A DNA stretch of 64,000 nt from a virus (IMGVR_UViG_2851938318_000001), one strand, 5' to 3'. Shown: positions 11,495-22,097, counted from the first letter of the stretch. Made by a program: numbers and translations. Notes: a model not told the origin generated them from the letters alone.

Positions 11495-13069
11495 TCACTC
11501 GTTCTCTTGAGTAGATGAGTCCCCATTCCCTCGGGGTTGATCTTGCCCGCTTTCTTGGGCCGCGCCTTGATCATAAGTAAGTACTGACTTATTTTCAAGG
11601 GTATTTAGATCATTTTTTGGCGGAAAATTCAAGAGATCTTTATCAAATTCCTTCTTCATCGCCTCAGTGATGTTCGGGAAAATCTTCTCAATAAGCATTT
11701 CCATCTGGTGACGACGTACAGAGTCCGGTGCCTGGAGTAATGACAGTTTCTCGGCAACAGAAAATTCATCAGTAAGGCCACGAATATCAAAACTTTCTGG
11801 ATACGCAATTAAAGAGTGGTCTTCGTCCAGATCTACCCCCATCCATTTCGCAACCAGTAGCATGATTTGGCGTTCAGCCCTTTCCAGACGCTCTGCTTTT
11901 GTGACAAGCAAGCTATTTACACGCTGGAAGTCATACATTTTTGCGGCACCAGATGAGTTATCGATTCCCTGTGCGTTGTCCTGCTTCGTTCGCTCACCAG
12001 CTACACCAACTGAATGGTAGATTTCGTTAATCACCGTCTTAATCGTAGTGATGATCATCTGAGCTTGTTTCGGGTCTGGTGACAGATAAAACGGCTGGTT
12101 TCCACCTTCAGAATCGTAGGTGAAGACTCGCTTTGTGCCCATTTCAAGCACTTTAGTGTGGTTTTCATCACCAGGTAAAAGCGACTGTACCGGTATAGCC
12201 AACTGGCTAAATGTCTGATCCTGAATAATGGCATCAAGGTTTGACAGATAGTTTGCAACCGCACGATCAAGATAAGCGATATCATCGATCAACGATGGGC
12301 TGAAATACGGTGATTCGCTTTCTCCAATACAATCAACAGGAAACACAGGAACTACGCCGAGATTATGCGCACCGCTATCCTCTAAAATAACTTTTGCCTG
12401 ACGGCGACCTGCTCCACCAGCGCCCTTCTTCACTTCCTCACGGAACAGATACCACTCGTTTTGTGTCCACAGACGATAACGTTGGTATTCCTGACCTGTA
12501 GAAGTAAAAGGATCTGCGTCATCACGAGCGACTTCCACAATTAACGCCCACAACATATTCCCGTCGTCGTCCCATGCCACATCCAGCATTTGCTGAGGTG
12601 AAATCCAGTAGGCGTAGGCGCGAGCATCTTTCTTTTTCTCGTCAGCTACTGACTCAACATCACCACTCATCGTGCTATCGACAACAACCCATATGCGACC
12701 GTAAATAGACGACTGCAAATCAATAGCGGCCATAAATGAGTCAATAGAGGCATTCTGGCGGGTCGCACGTTTCCAGAAATTGCGGATCTGCTCTGGTGCC
12801 TCTTCGATATTTCTATGAATGTCTTCTTTAAAGAGATATTTGTTGATGAGGTTTACCACCTCACGAGTGTGGTTGAAGCGATAAGCACGCTCAACTCGCT
12901 CCTTAAACTCCTGATCTCCCTCTTTAAAGTAACGAAAGATATTGTCTGTAAACCAACCACGCCCGCCAGCGTAAGTGCTGGCGAGGAAGTCCCAATGTTC
13001 TTTTTTCTTTTCGTATTCCGGGTGGCGTCGCGCCACCAGATCCTTAATTTGTTTGTCGTTCAATTCCAT
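11495..13069 (-). CDS. portal protein
   Basis: 524 aa ORF directly downstream of terminase large subunit, acidic C-terminus. Confidence 0.65.
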   Translation of the reverse strand: MELNDKQIKDLVARRHPEYEKKKEHWDFLASTYAGGRGWFTDNIFRYFKEGDQEFKERVERAYRFNHTREVVNLINKYLFKEDIHRNIEEAPEQIRNFWKRATRQNASIDSFMAAIDLQSSIYGRIWVVVDSTMSGDVESVADEKKKDARAYAYWISPQQMLDVAWDDDGNMLWALIVEVARDDADPFTSTGQEYQRYRLWTQNEWYLFREEVKKGAGGAGRRQAKVILEDSGAHNLGVVPVFPVDCIGESESPYFSPSLIDDIAYLDRAVANYLSNLDAIIQDQTFSQLAIPVQSLLPGDENHTKVLEMGTKRVFTYDSEGGNQPFYLSPDPKQAQMIITTIKTVINEIYHSVGVAGERTKQDNAQGIDNSSGAAKMYDFQRVNSLLVTKAERLERAERQIMLLVAKWMGVDLDEDHSLIAYPESFDIRGLTDEFSVAEKLSLLQAPDSVRRHQMEMLIEKIFPNITEAMKKEFDKDLLNFPPKNDLNTLENKSVLTYDQGAAQESGQDQPRGNGDSSTQENE

Positions 13070-13095
13070 TTGAATAACCTTAGATAATTACTTAC

Positions 13096-14352
13096 CTATC
13101 GAGAACCACCAAGAATAACACGGTTTTTGACTGGATACCTACGATGTACTGGATAGCCCAATGCGTCTGCACTATGCTCAATGCCACCTGTCTTATCCAT
13201 ATCTCGTGTTCCAGGCTTGTAGATGACCTTTTCCAGTGAATCAATCAAATGCTTGCACTTCGGATCGATATACAGCCGGATATCTCCAGATGCGGTCATC
13301 AGCATTCGGTTAACAGCATTAACACGATCCGCAATTGGCGGGTGCTTTTTCGAATAATCGACACGTAAGAATCCCTTCTCTTTGAATATGTCTACGTCAG
13401 ACTCCCCGCGAGCATGTTGGCGATAAGCACCTGCCGGATCTGGAAATACCGTTATCTGTGATTTCCAGCGCCAGAAGCGCCTCTCAAGCTCATCACAAAC
13501 CTCTGCCGTGTTAGAGGAAAAGAGCACCAATTCATCAATTGCCCATAGCTCACCATTTGGCTGAGGTTGCAAAATTACGGAAGACATCGGGTCAATGTTG
13601 AAGTCCTGTCCTACCCATATAGGCAACCGAGGGTTGAACTGAAGCGGTTTAACATGCACGTTTCGATCGAACGGGTAGTAAACGCGCCCGGACATATTTT
13701 CAAAGCTGGCCAGGTACTCCTGAGCGAACGATTTAGGGTCCATATCGTTCTTAGCAGCTTCAATTTCCGCCGTAGGCACAAACGGCGAATCAGCAGTTAC
13801 AAACTGCCAGCTCTTCCACTGTCCCTTTCTTTGCAGCTCTACGTTCTGGCCTATAGTCCACAGTTTGTGAAATTCCGAGAAGCCTTTTGGCGTACCAATA
13901 ATCAGTGCACCGCCGCGTGTCGATGAAAGAGTAGGTCGTAACACCTTGTACCAGGTGTCAGCCTTCATATCCTGAAATTCATCAAGCACTACAAAATGCA
14001 ACGCTACGCCGCGCAGAGTGTCAGGTTTATCAGCTCCTTTGAGGGCGATCTCCGAACCGTTCTTCAACACGATTGTCATCGTGGTGTCGTTCTTTTTCCT
14101 AACCCACTTACGGGGCAGAACTTCCTGTAGATCGTCCCACAAAATCTGGCGAGCCATCTGGTAAGTAGGAGCGACATACCAGACCCTTTGCTTTTTTTCC
14201 TTTGCCGCCGCACGAATAATAGTGGAGATCGACAACCGGGATTTTCCCCAGCGTCGACCAGCACAAACAACTTTAAATCGATGCGGAGACTGGAAGACTT
14301 TCATCTGTCCAGAATGCAGTTGCACAAGACTGAGCGAGGACGGGATTGCCAT
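13096..14352 (-). CDS. terminase large subunit
   Basis: Walker A CAGRRWGKS, Walker B VVLDEFQD; start overlaps TerS stop. Confidence 0.85.
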   Translation of the reverse strand: MAIPSSLSLVQLHSGQMKVFQSPHRFKVVCAGRRWGKSRLSISTIIRAAAKEKKQRVWYVAPTYQMARQILWDDLQEVLPRKWVRKKNDTTMTIVLKNGSEIALKGADKPDTLRGVALHFVVLDEFQDMKADTWYKVLRPTLSSTRGGALIIGTPKGFSEFHKLWTIGQNVELQRKGQWKSWQFVTADSPFVPTAEIEAAKNDMDPKSFAQEYLASFENMSGRVYYPFDRNVHVKPLQFNPRLPIWVGQDFNIDPMSSVILQPQPNGELWAIDELVLFSSNTAEVCDELERRFWRWKSQITVFPDPAGAYRQHARGESDVDIFKEKGFLRVDYSKKHPPIADRVNAVNRMLMTASGDIRLYIDPKCKHLIDSLEKVIYKPGTRDMDKTGGIEHSADALGYPVHRRYPVKNRVILGGSR

Positions 14353-14984
14353 TATTCGTCCTCCCCTTCACTTCCATCATCTGTCGCATCAAATTCGCTT
14401 AGAGCTTCTTCTTCCAACGTCTCAAGCAATTCGTCATCGATGATTTCAGGCTCGTCGTCTTCCTGACGTAATTTCGCCACCTGGGAAGGCGTAAGCTCAC
14501 CAAATACCAGGTTCGGAATTTCTTCCTCGTCATTTTCCGCATGATCCATGCCCAATGCTTTGGACGAAACTTCAAAGCATTTTGCAAGGGTATTACTGGC
14601 TCTCTGTAAGCTCTTGAGAGAACCCTCAATCGCCCCTAAAGGCTTACCCTCACGTTTGGCCGTAGTGACTTCGACCATCACCATCTGCCCCAACGCATAC
14701 GCCCAGCCGTCATAACGTGTACGACGTTCTTCTATCTTTTCCGCACGGGCTTTAGCGCGAAGCTCTGCGTCAGATTTAAGAGACTCACGAACCATCTTCC
14801 CAACAGAGTCCGCGCCTTTCTCTAATCCTCGCTTTTTGAAATGTCTGGAGAGTGTTTCACGACGAATGCCGTACTCTTCCTCCAGCTTTGAGAGTGTATA
14901 TTCGCCTGACGTCCATTTGGCTTCAGCTTCGGCCCACTCCGCTGGTGTCAGGCGAGTTTTTACCTCGTCTTTTTCGACAGTCAT
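14352..14984 (-). CDS. terminase small subunit (putative)
   Basis: 210 aa with N-terminal HTH-like region and acidic C-terminus, immediately upstream of TerL. Confidence 0.55.
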   Translation of the reverse strand: MTVEKDEVKTRLTPAEWAEAEAKWTSGEYTLSKLEEEYGIRRETLSRHFKKRGLEKGADSVGKMVRESLKSDAELRAKARAEKIEERRTRYDGWAYALGQMVMVEVTTAKREGKPLGAIEGSLKSLQRASNTLAKCFEVSSKALGMDHAENDEEEIPNLVFGELTPSQVAKLRQEDDEPEIIDDELLETLEEEALSEFDATDDGSEGEDE

Positions 14985-15182
14985 AGATCCCTCTAAAACA
15001 CACAGAGCGCGTCCATGCGCTCTAAAACAACTTGTTTACTGCATCTGCTAACCAACTTGTTTTCTGGTGTGTCTAATTAGGTCTGGGCATGTCTTACTAA
15101 GCCTGCTTCTGTATATATATTTAATAAGTTACTTATTATTTATATATACAGAAGCAGGTCTTTAAATAACGTCCCAGACCGA

Positions 15183-15449
15183 TTACATCACCAGTAACTT
15201 CGCTTTGGCTCGACCTAAAGTGGTTAACCCAAGAGTCCGGCGGTGATAGCGATTGTCACTGCGTTGGCGCGTATGCCCTTTCTCCACCAGCCCCTTTTTT
15301 ATCAGAGCGCGAATTGAGAACTGGATACTTTGCTTTGTTGTCTTGTACGGCAAAACTTCAAGCAATTCGTCCAGATCAAGTAGATGACCTCGCTCATAAC
15401 CGAGATTGAGCGTTTTGATGATGTCCTTTTGTTTGTCGGTTAACGTCAT
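15183..15449 (-). CDS. small winged-helix DNA-binding protein (putative)
   Basis: 88 aa basic protein; first gene after an overlapping four-gene operon. Confidence 0.35.
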   Translation of the reverse strand: MTLTDKQKDIIKTLNLGYERGHLLDLDELLEVLPYKTTKQSIQFSIRALIKKGLVEKGHTRQRSDNRYHRRTLGLTTLGRAKAKLLVM

Positions 15450-15458
15450 GGCAAATCC

Positions 15459-16349
15459 TTATGCCGGTAAAGCAATTTCTAACGGTTTATCCAAAGGTTG
15501 TTTGTCGAATGCCAGCAGTGGCAGCGTGTCAGGCAGTCGACGACCAAAGTCAGGGTTTCGATACACACCATACAACGGAGACGTAAAGCTCAGGTTGTGA
15601 ATGTCCTTGAGCAGCTTCACAATGCTGGCCTCGTCCACCAGACTGTCGGCAATGTCCTGAATCGTCGTGCCACGATTCCGCCCAGCTTTTGCCAGGGAAC
15701 TGTTCTTGTGGTAGTCCGCCACCAGATCACGCAGTGCACGGCGACGACGTGACTCGCTCATTGCGAACAACTCTTTGACGATCGCCTCGTTATCACCCGG
15801 GTCGGAGCGGAAATGGCGCTGGAACACACGCAGTGCACTTTCATAGCTCTTCGGTCGCTCAGGGCGGATGAACTTGAACCCTGCTTTCATGGCGAAGGGA
15901 TTGTATTTGCTCATCGAGGATTGGATCTCAATGATTGGCCGGTCATGCATCCTGCTAACCAGGTTAATCATTCGATAAGAGACGCCTACGCCACGGTACT
16001 GAGTATCCACAACTGAGCGGCTGATCACCGCAAAGTTGTTATTCACGTACCGGCCCCAGTACTGGTTAGCCACGGTGGTATTGGTGGTTGGTTTCAACTT
16101 AGGAAACATGCGATGGCGAGGTGCCAGCAGAAGTTTCGGGTAAGCCATAACCACGACGCCCACCAGACGGTCATCCAGTTCGCAGCGATAGTATGTTGGC
16201 GCGAAAGGTTTGCCGTCTGTTTTGTAGTGAAGCGACTTAAGAGCGTGCCAGTCCTCTACAGTTCCCTTTGTGACAGTCATTCGCTCCAGAAAGTCCAGAT
16301 GACGCGGAAACTCTTCAGGGCGGTAGCGTTTAATGATGATGTCCGTCAT
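15459..16349 (-). CDS. GNAT-like acyltransferase domain protein (putative)
   Basis: motif VVDTQYRGVGVSYRMINLV resembles GNAT motif A (R/Q-x-x-G-x-G/A). Confidence 0.35.
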   Translation of the reverse strand: MTDIIIKRYRPEEFPRHLDFLERMTVTKGTVEDWHALKSLHYKTDGKPFAPTYYRCELDDRLVGVVVMAYPKLLLAPRHRMFPKLKPTTNTTVANQYWGRYVNNNFAVISRSVVDTQYRGVGVSYRMINLVSRMHDRPIIEIQSSMSKYNPFAMKAGFKFIRPERPKSYESALRVFQRHFRSDPGDNEAIVKELFAMSESRRRRALRDLVADYHKNSSLAKAGRNRGTTIQDIADSLVDEASIVKLLKDIHNLSFTSPLYGVYRNPDFGRRLPDTLPLLAFDKQPLDKPLEIALPA

Positions 16350-17011
16350 GAATGGACCTCATCATAACTACCATTGTGATATTCCACCTTCACGCGTTCT
16401 TTGTAGTGCTTGGTGATCTGCATATCCGGGCGCAGCGCGTTCTTCAGGTCTTCGTGAGTCGTCGCCACCATTACCGTCGCACCAACCTTTCGAGCGGCAC
16501 GCTGGAGGTTAGATGCCACAACCTGAGCGGTTACACGGTCTAGAACAGCACCGAACTCGTCAGCAGCCCACACTTTAGCGCCTGACTCAATCAGTTTGGC
16601 AATCTTGAGACGATATTTCTGACCGTCTGACATTTCAGAAGGCTTGCGAACAAACAGATATGCATCGTTCAGACCAGCCATAGATAACAACCCAAGCGCA
16701 TCGCTGGTCGTTTTGCCCAACTGATCGATGACGTTAACCTCATTATCGAAGGTAAAATCATCGATGGAGGCTACAGACAGCCCTTCATCCTTCATCTGGC
16801 GTTGCAGCTCGCGCAACACAACGGATTTACCTGAACCGGATTGGCCGGTGATGTACACCACATCGCCCTGCTTCACTTCCAGCTCCAGATTGTCGTAAAG
16901 CGTCCACTCTTTTTCGTCCAGGCCAAGCCCGAACGACTCAGCGATTTCCAACGTGCGCGTGGTTTTATTTACGCGTGTCTGAAACGATACGTTGATGATG
17001 TATTTACTCAT
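16346..17011 (-). CDS. ABC-type ATPase (soluble)
   Basis: Walker A GQSGSGKS, signature-like SDGQKYRL, Walker B VWAADEFGA, H-loop TTHEDL. Confidence 0.55.
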   Translation of the reverse strand: MSKYIINVSFQTRVNKTTRTLEIAESFGLGLDEKEWTLYDNLELEVKQGDVVYITGQSGSGKSVVLRELQRQMKDEGLSVASIDDFTFDNEVNVIDQLGKTTSDALGLLSMAGLNDAYLFVRKPSEMSDGQKYRLKIAKLIESGAKVWAADEFGAVLDRVTAQVVASNLQRAARKVGATVMVATTHEDLKNALRPDMQITKHYKERVKVEYHNGSYDEVHS

Positions 17012-17709
17012 GCAGCCATCTCCCCGGAAGAGATCTTCTCCGCATATGCCACAAATGCGTCTACCCCGCTTTCTCCCGTCATTTCTTCCATATGGGCAAG
17101 CAAATCACCAACAACAATGGCAGAGCCAGCAGGGAGCGTTTTAAAGCCCAATACGTCGACAACACGTACTTCTTCCGCTGCAACTTCACGACTGATCTCG
17201 GTGTGTTCATCCTTCTGTCGTTTAGTTTCTTCGCCAAGATCGATAACTAGCGAGTCGGTGTCCATTTCTTCTGTCATACTGCCAACGAGAACATTCAACT
17301 CACGCTCTTCAAAGCCGAAAACCTCGATATCGTCCAGAACAAGCGACTCAAGCTCTTTCTGTAGCTTAATTGCATCGTAATCAATGCTGGCAAGTCGGTT
17401 ATCTTCAAGGCGCTTCGCACGAACCTCGTCATCACTGAGATCATCGCGAACAATAACCGGTACGCGCTCAAGTCCAGCAAAAATTGCAGCCTCACGGCGG
17501 CCGTGGCCAGTAATAATTACGTCGTTCTTATCGACCGTAATTGGCTGGTCAAATCCGCGCTTTTTAATGGCTGCGGCCAGATCTCGGATCTGCTGTTCAT
17601 CATGCTTTTTGGCATTCATCTCATAGGGAATAAGATCTGCCGGGTCGCGATATACGATTTCAAACTTTTTGGTCATTACATACGCTCCTTGTAGTAGTCG
17701 ACCAGCCAC
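17008..17709 (-). CDS. ParB-like nuclease domain protein
   Basis: ParB/Srx motif ITGHGRREAA; 4-bp overlap with downstream ATPase gene. Confidence 0.55.
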   Translation of the reverse strand: MAGRLLQGAYVMTKKFEIVYRDPADLIPYEMNAKKHDEQQIRDLAAAIKKRGFDQPITVDKNDVIITGHGRREAAIFAGLERVPVIVRDDLSDDEVRAKRLEDNRLASIDYDAIKLQKELESLVLDDIEVFGFEERELNVLVGSMTEEMDTDSLVIDLGEETKRQKDEHTEISREVAAEEVRVVDVLGFKTLPAGSAIVVGDLLAHMEEMTGESGVDAFVAYAEKISSGEMAA

Positions 17710-18374
17710 ACCAGAGCCTCACCAGCGTTCTCCATTTCATTACCGGTGTTAATAGCCTGCTCTTTGATGATGTTTTTTATGGTTTCTGCAACACGATCTG
17801 ACGCATCGAAAGTTACTTTGAAGCGCATGGTCTGATGTTCCGCCCCCACACGTTCGGTTTTCTCTCGTTTGTCGGTATCGACAGGCTCATCACTACCACG
17901 AGACAACGCCTCCAGTGCTTCAAGGTCGATTGCCGCCTCTTTTGCTAAAACCATCGAGATTTCGTCGTCATACGGGGCGATTTCAGACAGTTGATAGTCA
18001 AGTTCTGACTGAATTTCTTCAATGAAGCGTTGCAATGCGATTTGGTCGTCTTCACCGTATCGCTCGTTGTCCACCAGTGACATCTGTTTAGCTACGACAT
18101 CGCTAATTTTGCCCACAGAAAGCACCGGAACCGTTGAAATTCCTTGCTCAATAGCAGCACGCCAGCGATGTTCGCCGCCGAGGATTTCAAAAAATCCATC
18201 TTCAAGTTCACGAGCCAAAATTGGCTTAAAAAAGCCCAATTTTTCGATAGAACCTTTCAGTTTTTCAAAATTCTGCGCACCAACCGAATTGGTGTTCCAG
18301 GTATTCGGGCGAAGGTTGGCAACATCAACCTGCAAAATCGTGATTTTTACATCCATTTTATTGCTACAATCCAC
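17676..18374 (-). CDS. ParB-like nuclease domain protein
   Basis: ParB box ILGGEHRWRAA; ORF-track start is GTG at 18374, internal ATG at 18356. Confidence 0.55.
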   Translation of the reverse strand: MDCSNKMDVKITILQVDVANLRPNTWNTNSVGAQNFEKLKGSIEKLGFFKPILARELEDGFFEILGGEHRWRAAIEQGISTVPVLSVGKISDVVAKQMSLVDNERYGEDDQIALQRFIEEIQSELDYQLSEIAPYDDEISMVLAKEAAIDLEALEALSRGSDEPVDTDKREKTERVGAEHQTMRFKVTFDASDRVAETIKNIIKEQAINTGNEMENAGEALVWLVDYYKERM

Positions 18375-18438
18375 TAAGTAATTACTTACTTATTATAATA
18401 GCCAAATAACATACAAAAGGCACTAAGGAAAGAGGTTT

Positions 18439-19998
18439 ATGACTGTTCGGATTGTATCTAACGCAGTAAATGCGCTTATTTCTGGCGCAGATGACAAGGT
18501 AAAGCAACTGGTGCAGCAAATGTTGAGCTACGAAGTCGAGACTGGCGACTGGAAGGGCACAAGCACGATGTTCAACTGGAGTAAAAACTCGTTCCCTGCT
18601 GGCTTTGCCAAGCCTGTAGCAGCGAACTTGAACAAGGCGGGCATCAAATGTGTTCATATCCGCAAAGACAAAGCCCCGGCGCTTGGTAAACCAAATCCGG
18701 CGGTTAACCCATTCCCATACAATCCTGATTATGCGTATCAGGATCAGACTGTGGAAACACTGGTTCGAGAGGGAATGATGATTGCGCAGATCGCTACTGG
18801 TGGCGGGAAATCTAATGTTGCCTGCAAAGCAGCTGCACGTATCGGTCGAATGACATTATTTTTAACAACCCGCTCTGTTCTGATGTTTCAGATGGCCGAA
18901 AACTTCCAGAGATCCATCGACTACCGCGCCGAAAATGGCGAACCGTGGTTAAAAGACCAAAAGGTTGGAGTAATTGGCTCGGGTGAGTTCCAGGTATCAC
19001 GACATATCAACGTCGCTACAGTTCAAACTCTTGCAAGTTTCCTTGAAGAACCACCACGCGATGCAACTCCAGATAAGAAAAGCTACCACCTCAAACGTCG
19101 GGAGTTGGTGAAACGCTTCCTTTCAAGTGTCTCTCTTCTTATTCTGGAAGAGGCGCATGAGTCTTCAGGCTCTAATTTCTATGACATTGCCAGATTATGT
19201 GCGAACGCAGACTATCGCCTGGCGCTTACGGCAACGCCGTTCATGAAGGATTCTACGGAAGCCAACATGCGTCTGATGGCTGTAGCCGGGCGAATTGAAA
19301 TAAAAGTCACGGAAAAGTACCTGATTGATAGAGGAATTCTGGCAAAGCCATACTTCCTTTATCATAAAGTTGCCTACAAACCGGACGAGGTCAGAATCAA
19401 GGCAGAACTTGCTAACAAACACCTCAATTTTAGAGTAGGTATGAGCACTGCCTACCAAAAGGCTTATCAGTTGGGGATCGTGTATAATTTGGGACGTAAC
19501 GAGGCCATTGTGCGCGAAGCATTGCTCTATAAGCAACACTCTCTCAACTGCATGACTCTGGTTCGTCTTAAACGCCACGGGCAAATCCTGATGGAGATGA
19601 TGAAGGAGTCCGGTCTTAGAGTTGACTTCATCTATGGGGAATCGAACCAGGCGACAAGGCAAGCAAAGCTGAACAGTTTAGCGTCTGGTGAAATAGATGT
19701 TTTAATAGGCTCGACTATTCTGGATGTCGGTGTTGATGTGCCAAGCGTTGGTGCGGTCATTCTTGCTGGTGGCGGGAAAGCAGAAGTTGAAATGAGACAA
19801 CGTGTCGGTCGTGGCTTACGAGCCAAGAAGAATCAGGCAAACGTGTGTTTTATCACTGATTTCATTGACATTAGCAACAAATACCTGTTGTCTCACTCTT
19901 ATGAGCGAAAACACATCATCGACACTACACCTGGCTTTGCAGAAGGTGTATTGCCAATTGATGGCACATTCGATTTTGGAGTTCTGAAACGAGATTAG
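18439..19998 (+). CDS. superfamily-2 helicase (DEAD/SNF2-like)
   Basis: motif I IATGGGKS, motif II LILEEAH, motif VI QRVGRGLRA. Confidence 0.75.
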   Translation: MTVRIVSNAVNALISGADDKVKQLVQQMLSYEVETGDWKGTSTMFNWSKNSFPAGFAKPVAANLNKAGIKCVHIRKDKAPALGKPNPAVNPFPYNPDYAYQDQTVETLVREGMMIAQIATGGGKSNVACKAAARIGRMTLFLTTRSVLMFQMAENFQRSIDYRAENGEPWLKDQKVGVIGSGEFQVSRHINVATVQTLASFLEEPPRDATPDKKSYHLKRRELVKRFLSSVSLLILEEAHESSGSNFYDIARLCANADYRLALTATPFMKDSTEANMRLMAVAGRIEIKVTEKYLIDRGILAKPYFLYHKVAYKPDEVRIKAELANKHLNFRVGMSTAYQKAYQLGIVYNLGRNEAIVREALLYKQHSLNCMTLVRLKRHGQILMEMMKESGLRVDFIYGESNQATRQAKLNSLASGEIDVLIGSTILDVGVDVPSVGAVILAGGGKAEVEMRQRVGRGLRAKKNQANVCFITDFIDISNKYLLSHSYERKHIIDTTPGFAEGVLPIDGTFDFGVLKRD

Positions 19999-20000
19999 TT

Positions 20001-20279
20001 ATGAGCGAAAAGAAAACAACTTATTGCCAAGTGGCATTGTCTGATAAAGCCAATGAAAAACTTGGAAAATTTCAAATAAAACTCAAAGAGAAAAAAATCA
20101 AGATGTCTAAGGCTGAAGTTATCAATGCCATTCTGGAGACGATGACTATGGCTGAATTTGACAAAGTCACATCTGCCGTTGGGGTTTCCGCTAAGACGCG
20201 TGAGAAAATCATGCGCATCTATGAGAACTCCAATATGACAAAAAAAGATCTAGAGGAAATACTGAGCAGGTTGCCGTAA
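20001..20279 (+). CDS. hypothetical protein
   Basis: 92 aa ORF starting 3 bp after helicase stop. Confidence 0.4.
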   Translation: MSEKKTTYCQVALSDKANEKLGKFQIKLKEKKIKMSKAEVINAILETMTMAEFDKVTSAVGVSAKTREKIMRIYENSNMTKKDLEEILSRLP

Positions 20280-20311
20280 CATTTCATATTTACCCCCTAT
20301 CTACTAAATCT

Positions 20312-20911
20312 ATGATGTGCTCACTTGTTAGAAAGGAGCACATCATGAGTTGGTTAAAAGAATTATCATTTGTTGACACCACTGGCGCTAAGAAAAATCA
20401 TTCTTTCTGGAAAGTCAGCGATCCTTCTGATTTTCTTGTTGGTGCTAATGCTGCTTTTGAATTGCTTAACTTTTATCAACGTTATCCTGAAATGAAACAC
20501 AGTCCACTCCTGTACAGAATAACAAACGATATGAATAGGTCTGGTTTATTATCAAGTGAGTCAGCGAAAGGCTTTTTTAGCAAAATTACGCCTCACATAT
20601 CATTCGATGCAGCAAACGAAATTGATTATCTATCCACAAAATCTCAAGAACAATTATCTGTGCCACCTGAGAAAAAAGAAAGACGAATTGCCAGCATTGA
20701 AAATATATCGAAAGAGCTTCGCACAACAACGTTGAGGCTGCTGAACTTTCTTACGCTACTTAATTGGATAGATGATCAAACATTGATTCCATCAACCGAT
20801 GCGTTGGATAACAGAGTCCTTAGGCTGAACAAAAAATCGCAATTTGGTTTTGTGTTCACCAAAAAAGGTGAAGATTTAATCAAAAGAAAATATAGATTAT
20901 TGAATGATTAA
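20312..20911 (+). CDS. hypothetical protein (AT-rich gene; likely start near 20345)
   Basis: 199 aa ORF followed by perfect 10-bp-stem hairpin at 20919-20946. Confidence 0.4.
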   Translation: MMCSLVRKEHIMSWLKELSFVDTTGAKKNHSFWKVSDPSDFLVGANAAFELLNFYQRYPEMKHSPLLYRITNDMNRSGLLSSESAKGFFSKITPHISFDAANEIDYLSTKSQEQLSVPPEKKERRIASIENISKELRTTTLRLLNFLTLLNWIDDQTLIPSTDALDNRVLRLNKKSQFGFVFTKKGEDLIKRKYRLLND

Positions 20912-21296
20912 TAGTCTACATGCAGGTGTATGAGAGCACCTGCATGTGACATTCATCACATTTTTGAATGTATATACCTTCGGCTGAAAAAAGATCTTGA
21001 TAGGCTGAATGATATTTGTAGGCTTCGCCTCCGAAGAAATTCGGAGGATATATGCGACAATTTATAAAAACGTGTGACCTAAGAAATATAGTAGATGATA
21101 TTGCATGTGATGAAATTAGCAAAAAAGAGAAGAACAAAAACGCCAATTAACGCTATCTACCTATAAATCTGAAGAGTTCAATAGGATACATATCTGAAAC
21201 ACGCCCTCGACAATACCAAAAAGATTTGTCGAGGGCGTCGGGCTTTCCCTATGTCTGAACGATTAAATTTTACAGCAATTAAATATTTTGTATATG

Positions 21297-22097
21297 TTAT
21301 TCTTCTGGTGGTACGACAAAATCGTCGAGCTTATTCTTTTCGTCCCGAAGCAACCTGATTTCTTCTTCTGTTATGCATTTGTCATAATCTGTTTGTTCAG
21401 AATGGCACAGCGCAACTGCGAATGGATAGCCGGTGTAAGACAGCCCTCTAACAGGTTCTAATTCACCGTTGTCTTTTTTCCTAAATTTGTAAAAGTCAGG
21501 AGTGTCATAATTGGTGACGCTAACAAGAGCATATTTATCATTTTCTCTTGCATACACTTCACTAACACCTCTCGATTCTCCCAACTCTCTACTCACATAT
21601 GTCGAATCACTTGCAGCATCAAACACAGCCTGACCTAATGGAGTTTTTTTTAAATCATCTATTTTCTCTTTTTCTTTCCTGATTTTAGATTCGTTTTCCA
21701 GATAAAGTTTCACACCATTTTCTTTACATGCTAGATTTTGGCGTTCAAAACGTAATCGTTCACTTGCCGAGTTGGTACTTTTATCCATTGTAACGAATAC
21801 AATCGGGTTACGTTCACGAACATCAAAGATGTGTGCATTGAATGCGGTCGCACCTGTATAGGCGTTCAAGACGTTTTTGCCATTCACCTCTCCACATACC
21901 ATATATGAATAGCTATTTTCACCTAACTGAATAGCTCGCATATTCGTGAACCGACCAGCATCAGGATCTAGCAGTGTAGAGCGAATATCCTTTTCAACTA
22001 GATTTATGACTCGCTCTTCATCAGAATCACAACCTGTTAATAGTAAAGCCGCTATTAACAATGCTAATGAGTATTTTTTATTCACCCCATTCTTCAT
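21297..22097 (-). CDS. lipoprotein (moron-like)
   Basis: signal peptide plus lipobox (LALLIAALLLTGC); AT-rich; convergent with flanking + strand genes. Confidence 0.6.
   Translation of the reverse strand: MKNGVNKKYSLALLIAALLLTGCDSDEERVINLVEKDIRSTLLDPDAGRFTNMRAIQLGENSYSYMVCGEVNGKNVLNAYTGATAFNAHIFDVRERNPIVFVTMDKSTNSASERLRFERQNLACKENGVKLYLENESKIRKEKEKIDDLKKTPLGQAVFDAASDSTYVSRELGESRGVSEVYARENDKYALVSVTNYDTPDFYKFRKKDNGELEPVRGLSYTGYPFAVALCHSEQTDYDKCITEEEIRLLRDEKNKLDDFVVPPEE

Noticed and set aside
15104-15165. LexA-box-like CTGTATAT...ATATACAG inside the nested inverted repeat
   Set aside because: Half-sites are about 35 bp apart rather than the 8-bp spacing of a LexA box; the real LexA box is at 34579-34598.
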